This document shows, in pieces, positions 12,506-64,000 of a stretch of 64,000 nucleotides of DNA. Origin of the DNA: Lytechinus pictus (lineage: Eukaryota); contig NC_087245.1 of assembly GCF_037042905.1 (NCBI RefSeq), positions 18,416,001-18,480,000 of the forward strand, in the 5' to 3' direction. The stretch's first letter is position 1; each line of letters begins with the position of its first letter. The translations under genes and the position numbers were made by a program. The notes under the pieces were generated by a model. It was not told the DNA's origin. It did no database searches and saw only the letters and a list, made by a program, of their open reading frames with translations.

Positions 12506-13352
12506 GTTTTTCCACAATCAAAGGCATTCCTTTCATTTTCATGGAAAATGGAGGGGATTTTAAAAGAAATACATTGTAACCATTTATCAAGAGAAATAAA
12601 GACAATATTGGTTTGATTTCAAACACGAAAAACTGATGGCACCGGCATCAATAGACTCATGAGACACAAATATTGAAGATATTATATTACAATCATATCA
12701 ATATGGCCGATCTCATGATTTCTTAATAAAGGGACGAGACCCAAATATTAAACATATATACTAACAAACAAATTCCAGTCATCACTCAAAGAGCAGTTTG
12801 AAAGTCCAACTTGATGAATTCTACATAGAACACATTAGTTCAAACATGATTATGGATAAGAGGGACTAGTAGCCCAATAAAAATAAAACTACATGATTGC
12901 GATTAAAAAAAAAAAACATAGAATAGAATGTCATATTTTTGGTACTGGTGAAAGATTTGGTTGGAACACATTTCCAAAATATGAAAAAAAAGGCTCTACA
13001 GTCATCTCCATGTGAAAGATATTTTCTAGTCCAAAAATATATTGTGTATACAAATATTACCGATTCAAATTCTAGACATGTAAGTTTCTAGCACTCATTC
13101 ATGACAGTCACAGATTCTCCACTACATTTAGATCTAGGAAAATACACAATTTGAGAGTTGTGATGTGACAAGATTAAATTTTGAATCTTACTCTCTTCTA
13201 CATAGAATGCATATTAAATTAGTCTACCGAGTTCAGGTAATGCTGTATGTATACTATGCAATATATGACATCAAATGTAGTGGGTGGGACCAATGTGAAG
13301 GAAGAAGACTACACAGATTGGAGTGCATGGGACTGGAAGTGGCAAGCATTCG

Positions 13353-58688
<45,336 letters not shown>

Positions 58689-59540
58689 CTACAAGAACAA
58701 AAACATAACACAAATGAGAATGAGTGGTACACTTGAGAATAATCAATTGGAGTCTACAGTATTTAGATGTGAAAAGACAAATTAAAACTTGAATTGTTAC
58801 CTATCCCCAAACATAAGTTAAGTTCATAAGAATTAGTAGAGCGTAGTGCAAGTTTGAGGAATTCAGATTACAAGTGTGAAGGGAAAAAATGTATGAATTT
58901 GTTTTAAAAATGATCTTAAATAAAACAAGAAAAAGCTCTGTGACTTAACATGCCGATTCGGATTTGCTCAGTTTTCTACCAGTTCATTTCCTTAAACACA
59001 ATTTCACTTGTAACTCAATCTTGAATACATGTACTGGTATGCAAAATATTTTTTGTTCTATTTCAATAACAACCCATACGTGCAATCGATGAGAAGAAAA
59101 TAAATATTGTTTACTTCAGAATTAAACTACTGTAACCTTCATTATTCCACTTTGTAAACACACGTTCAATAATATGAGCTATGTATGATCAGCATAAAAG
59201 CAATAATTTTTCACATGAAATCCCTCAGAGTTGATCCCTTTTAACGATGAAATGGATAAAATTATTATCCGGCTTTGATACCTGTACATCTGACAGTATC
59301 TCAAATGATACCTGGCTTACATCAATATTTCAAATGATATTGCATGATTACCAGTTGATTGAAAACCTAATTTGTTTTAATACAGGTTATTACTATTACC
59401 CAACTGATGCTATAGAGATTTAATGATTGAGGCTTTGAATAGGCCTACCTTCTGGCCTTGCCAGAAGAGATTATGCTAGAGTGCTTCAAATTACAGGAGC
59501 TACATAAATGGAAATCTCAATATTTTCTCTTGAAGTCTAA

Positions 59541-60004
59541 GAGGCCGTTCTCATTACGCTTTCTAAAACTAGTTTACTGGAAACCGATTCAGGAAACCAC
59601 TTTGGAAGATCGCTTTGCTAGCGTTCCCACTTGATCACACGAAAGTGGTTTTCAAAATCACTTCACGTTAAGCGCTCTTGTTGCTATGGAAACGCTCTCA
59701 GTGGGGTGACACGTTTCGCACGAAATTCGAAACCGCAGCATAGGCACTCTACACCTGTCGTGTGGAGTAGCGCGCTCAAAATGTGAAAAGATCTCTTCCC
59801 GAAGAACGGTTGTGTCCTCACTTACCCTAAAACCAGTTTAACGAGGCAAAGCGATCTTGAAAACTACATCGCGAGGTGGTTTTCCAAACTGGTTTGGAAG
59901 ATCGCTTCCAAGACCGCTTCGACCGTTCTCACTACGCGTTAAACTAGTTTCCACTAAACTAGTTTCCAGTAAACTAGTTTTAGGAACGTAGTTAGAACAG
60001 CCTC
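59541..60004. mobile_element. MITE, TIR GAGGCCGTTCTC..CTAAAACTAGTTTACTGGAAAC (Harbinger-like)
   Basis: Imperfect TIRs of about 44 bp; a second copy starts at 63942 and runs off the window. Confidence 0.8.
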
Positions 60005-60237
60005 ATAAGGAATAGACTTCAAGTTTCATTATTTAAAGCAGTCTTTGTTTTATACAAAGTAGGCCTCGCAATATTTATGTACATGTGCATTTTCATGTAT
60101 ACATTACGCATTTGTGCTACAATCAGCAAATCTCCTGTTTAGATATATCTTAAAGAAACATCCATAATTAGGACTATAAAGTACATAGTTATGAAGATCA
60201 TACTGATAAATTAACTTTGTATTTAAATGCACTCTAA

Positions 60238-60401
60238 TACCTCAGTCACATTTGCTCTACAGCGGCCGTACGGCGATAAAAAAACAGCCGTTTTAACATT
60301 TTATGTAATAGCTACATGTATAGGTGGTTTGAATAAAAATGAATAAAATGGCCGTTTTCGACTCGCCGTACGTCAGCCGTAGAGCAAATGTGACTGAGGT
60401 A
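60238..60401. mobile_element. Palindromic MITE flanked by TAA/TTA (PIF/Harbinger-like)
   Basis: TACCTCAGTCACATTTGCTCTAC and GTAGAGCAAATGTGACTGAGGTA. Confidence 0.85.
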
Positions 60402-61172
60402 TTATACATGTCAGCCCAAACAGCTCATTAAAGCTCTCCTCATCATGAATGCTCATTATAAAATGCACACCAGCAAATATTATGGATGCTCTTTCCTTAT
60501 GTTAATAGGCCTTACATTTATCATGAAATGACAATGTAAAACAATATGCAGAAGAATATACCGGTACAAGAGATAGTGAATGGGTGACATTGGTCATTGG
60601 TTCCCTCATTTGCAAGTTGTCCAAAAATTTTGAAATTTCATAACTTTCGTATTTAACATCCGCATATTGATATTTTTCAGCATTGTGTTTGCTTGATTTT
60701 TCTCTATTTATCCAACTTTTTGTTGGGGTGGGCTTGACATTTAAAACCAGCAAAGAACATAAGCGATGCCCTTTGCTACATGTATGCCTGTACATTATGA
60801 CACTATAATGCAGACTTGTTATTTTCCAATATATCATAATGTCTGGCAGTGTCACAATCAATAAAATGCTTTCATAAAAAATGTTGCAGTGCTAATTAAT
60901 TGTCATTTCCTGTCTATGAACACAGAGATATGACAGGGGATTAGACACTCAGATCATAAGGCTTGGGAGTTTATCTATGTCCATGGCATTTTGTTTGTCT
61001 GCATGTTCCAATGTATTTCTATATATAAGCATGTGATTTCCTCTCCTAGATATCACTTCAAGACAATTGGCAAGAATGAACAACAGTGTCTGGTGAAAGA
61101 ATTTAAAGAAGTACAGTTTGTGCAAGCCATTTCTGCCAATGCCAACAGAGCATGATGTACATACATGTATAT

Positions 61173-63725
61173 GGGCAATTCCAGCGTAACGGACATGACG
61201 TTCAGACAAATTTTTGTAATTCAAAGGTTTATACAGTAGAATTAGCAGTCTTTTGATAATTGCTACTGAGATTATCAGACACATTTAAGTATCAGTTACA
61301 TACACATGAAATTTCAAATCGTTTCGTTGAACAGTTGCGGAGAAATTGCACTCTTTGTCAGCGTAACGGACATGACACGAAATGGACGAAGCATTTTTAC
61401 CTCCTATTGCTTATCAAAATTCCTGTGAATTCTTAGATTGCATGCACCTGACGCTGGTGTTAATTTAACCTTAAGATCATGCTCTATCCATAAAATGGTG
61501 TTTAACAAAAGTTTTACAGTGCATTCTGTATTCATAGCTCAAAATGTAGCGTAACGGACATGACACATGAAGCGTAACGGACATGACAGTTTCGTCCACT
61601 TTTTGTAAGCGAATATAATTATTTTATTACAAGATATGGTACAAGTCTAATTGGTTACTTGTTAAGGCTAGAGGTTAGAGACACACATCATAACTGGTAA
61701 TCTGTAATATCTCCTATTATTTTGCAATTTGAGAGGGGGGCTTTTACGTACAATATTTATAAAACAAAAAAATATTTGGAAAAATTTCTTTTACGCCAGT
61801 TAACAACAGTTAATGATTATTTTCCAGTTACTCCCATCCGCCACATCTAATTAAAAGAGAAAAAGTTGATAGTAAAGATTATTTTTTATTCATGGCTTAC
61901 TATTTGACAATATACACTAGCGTAACGGACATGACACCCTTCCGAAGTGAACTTCATCAGCACTTCTTAGTTGCAAAATGAAAGAAATATGAATAATGAA
62001 TGTAATTATGTAACAGCAAAGTACCTTTACTAACATTCTTAAGAAAAAAATGTAGATATTATTGGCACTTTTGGCAGGTATTATTAATTTAATAGCTATA
62101 GCCCACATGATAATTTTATATAGAATACAATGCTTTAATAGTACCATAGGCACACTGAGAAGAGCAAATCAGATTTTTTGTGAGAAGAAAACAAAATGTA
62201 CCAGACCTGATTAAATCCAAGATGAACATACACCTGTATTATAAAATGTATTTTATGATCATAAAGAATATGTACTAGTATTAATGTCAATTTTAAGATT
62301 AAAAAAATGATATTAAAAAGTATTTTAAATTTTAATAGCAGTACCTGGAAACCAGTCTTTCATTATCGATTATGTACGAGTTATAAGGTAATCGGAATGT
62401 TTGTAAATCGCTTCTGAGATTTTTTTCATTCAAAATAAAGATCCTGGGTATAATCATCCTTTCATCAAATCTTGGATGTACTAAATCTTACGATCTTGCT
62501 TGCTGACAAATGTGGCTGTATCTAATTTCATTGTATTGTCTGCGCTGCTTGTGTACAAACGAAGATACATCATTCAAATCATGATTATGGCTGACCAAAA
62601 TACTATGATGACATAATTTATTGATCGCGCCACATTCCTTCCACAGCCTCTTTGCTTTGTGATATTAAGAAGTGCCACTGTAGATTCATAGAGCTAGATC
62701 ATGTAACACAGATATCTGAAAAATTTCAAACTTGTTTTAAATGTGAGCCAGTGCCATCAGTGAAGAAGTTGAGGGTTAGTGAAAGTCAGATACTTTGAAG
62801 CAATGTCATCAAAGATCTCATGAATTCACAAGTTGGAGTTTTATCATGCTCCAAACTGTAGTGCAAACACCTAAGATAATCAATTATTGTTCAAACACAA
62901 ATGATGCAGATTGTGATCTGAGTATGTTGCCAGATTTAGCTGCATCTTATCCTAATATTATGTGGCATACCGTTAATTCTCAGAAAAATATACCAGAACA
63001 AGAGCTGAACTTTCATCATTTACCAACTTCTAAAAATAGCTAGAATGACATGCAGATTCTAGGAGTTATTACATCCAGCTATCCTCAAGCAATTGAGACT
63101 GACCACAGTCTGTGACACTGAGCCTAATATTTTGTTTTTGTGAATCCTGCCTTTGTCATATATTAGGTGTCATGTCCGTTACGCGAATTGTCATGTCCGT
63201 TACGCCATTTTTATGAAAATGAGAAAATGATTGCTACACATGGTAGGGGGTTTAATTCTAACATAGAATCTGAATCTGCTGTACCTTCAGACAAATTTCC
63301 TGTAAGCTGTGAAAACTTTAAGTGAAAAACGTAACGGACATGACACTGATAATGGTAAAGAAATCACATTAATCTGAAGATCGATTTCTCTAAAATTGAT
63401 GAATGGCATGAAATATAACAATGATTTTCTGTTGATTTAAACATTAATCATCTATACAAAAGTTAAAAGAGACCTGTGGGACCTTATTTGCTTTTAGTAG
63501 AGACAGGAAAGTTGAATTGTTTAAAAATAGCCACATTTTTTAGATTTTGCAATTTATTATTTTATTTTTTTGATGATGGAAAAAACCACAAAATTTTATC
63601 AATATTGTGATTTTTCTATTGGAAATTGAAACTTTATAGATTACTTTTTAAGAAAATTTGACTGCTTAAGTGAAATCTGAAACTTCATTTTTTCTCGAAA
63701 GTGAACATTTTCCATGGAATTGCCC
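61173..63725. mobile_element. 2.55-kb Sola1-like non-autonomous DNA transposon, TSD ATAT
   Basis: ATAT|GGGCAATTCCA ... TGGAATTGCCC|ATAT; eight copies of the internal 16-mer GCGTAACGGACATGAC; no recognisable transposase. Confidence 0.8.
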
Positions 63726-63941
63726 ATATACTCAAATTATTCTCACAACATTGCTCCAAAGAATCTTTCAAAAATTGTTCTGCACCTGTAAAAAGTCTAT
63801 CAAACAAGAAAATGGAATCCATGTAAAAACATGAAATACCATACATAGATTTCCACAATTATGTACCAATATTGTATGTATCACCACTCTTTATGCCTGC
63901 CCTATTTTCAGGAGGAAAACAATTTAAGATATAGTGATTTT

Positions 63942-64000
63942 GACACCGTTCTCACTACCTTCCTAAAACTAGTTTACTGGAAACCAGTTAAGTGGAAACT
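63942..64000. mobile_element. Left end of a second copy of the 59541 MITE family
   Basis: CCGTTCTCACTAC..CTAAAACTAGTTTACTGGAAACC. Confidence 0.75.

Noticed and set aside
12236..12563. Hydrophobic, membrane-like ORFs on both strands
   Set aside because: Translation of an (ATT)n microsatellite
5844..13352. A defined long ASAP 3' UTR ending at the AATAAA near 5844
   Set aside because: Several candidate signals exist (about 11630, 10080, 7668, 5844) and sequence alone cannot choose among them
62795..63043. 82-aa ORF as a transposase remnant
   Set aside because: No recognisable DDE/DDD or DNA-binding motif; would need a profile search
61184..63344. CRISPR-like array of 16-mers
   Set aside because: Irregular spacing, mixed orientation, eukaryotic context, no cas genes; lies within a TIR/TSD-bounded transposon

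Overview
AT-rich eukaryotic genomic DNA. The repeat content suggests a marine invertebrate, probably an echinoid (inference only). Most of the window (13353-58688, minus strand) is a multi-exon ASAP-family gene: an Arf-GAP with BAR, PH, ArfGAP, ankyrin, Pro-rich and SH3 domains. I traced 22 phase-consistent GT-AG exons by hand (about 955 aa); the N-terminal exons lie beyond the right edge. The left edge holds the last three exons of an unidentified plus-strand gene, tail-to-tail with ASAP, followed by a ~950-bp tandem duplication and a 32-bp minisatellite. Introns contain many non-autonomous transposons (Helentron/HINE-like, Sola1-like, hAT-like, Kolobok/piggyBac-like, Tc1-like and Harbinger-like MITEs), tRNA-derived SINEs and a LINE 3' remnant. 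The most interesting unexplained structure is in the ASAP Pro-rich/SH3 region. It has a cluster of candidate microexons (6, 10, 14/24, 30, 30 and 45 nt) in UGCAUG-rich introns and an AG|GT site that could be recursive or an alternative last exon. It also has two decayed tandem copies of the SH3 exon acceptor that run into stop codons. No prokaryotic-type systems are present.
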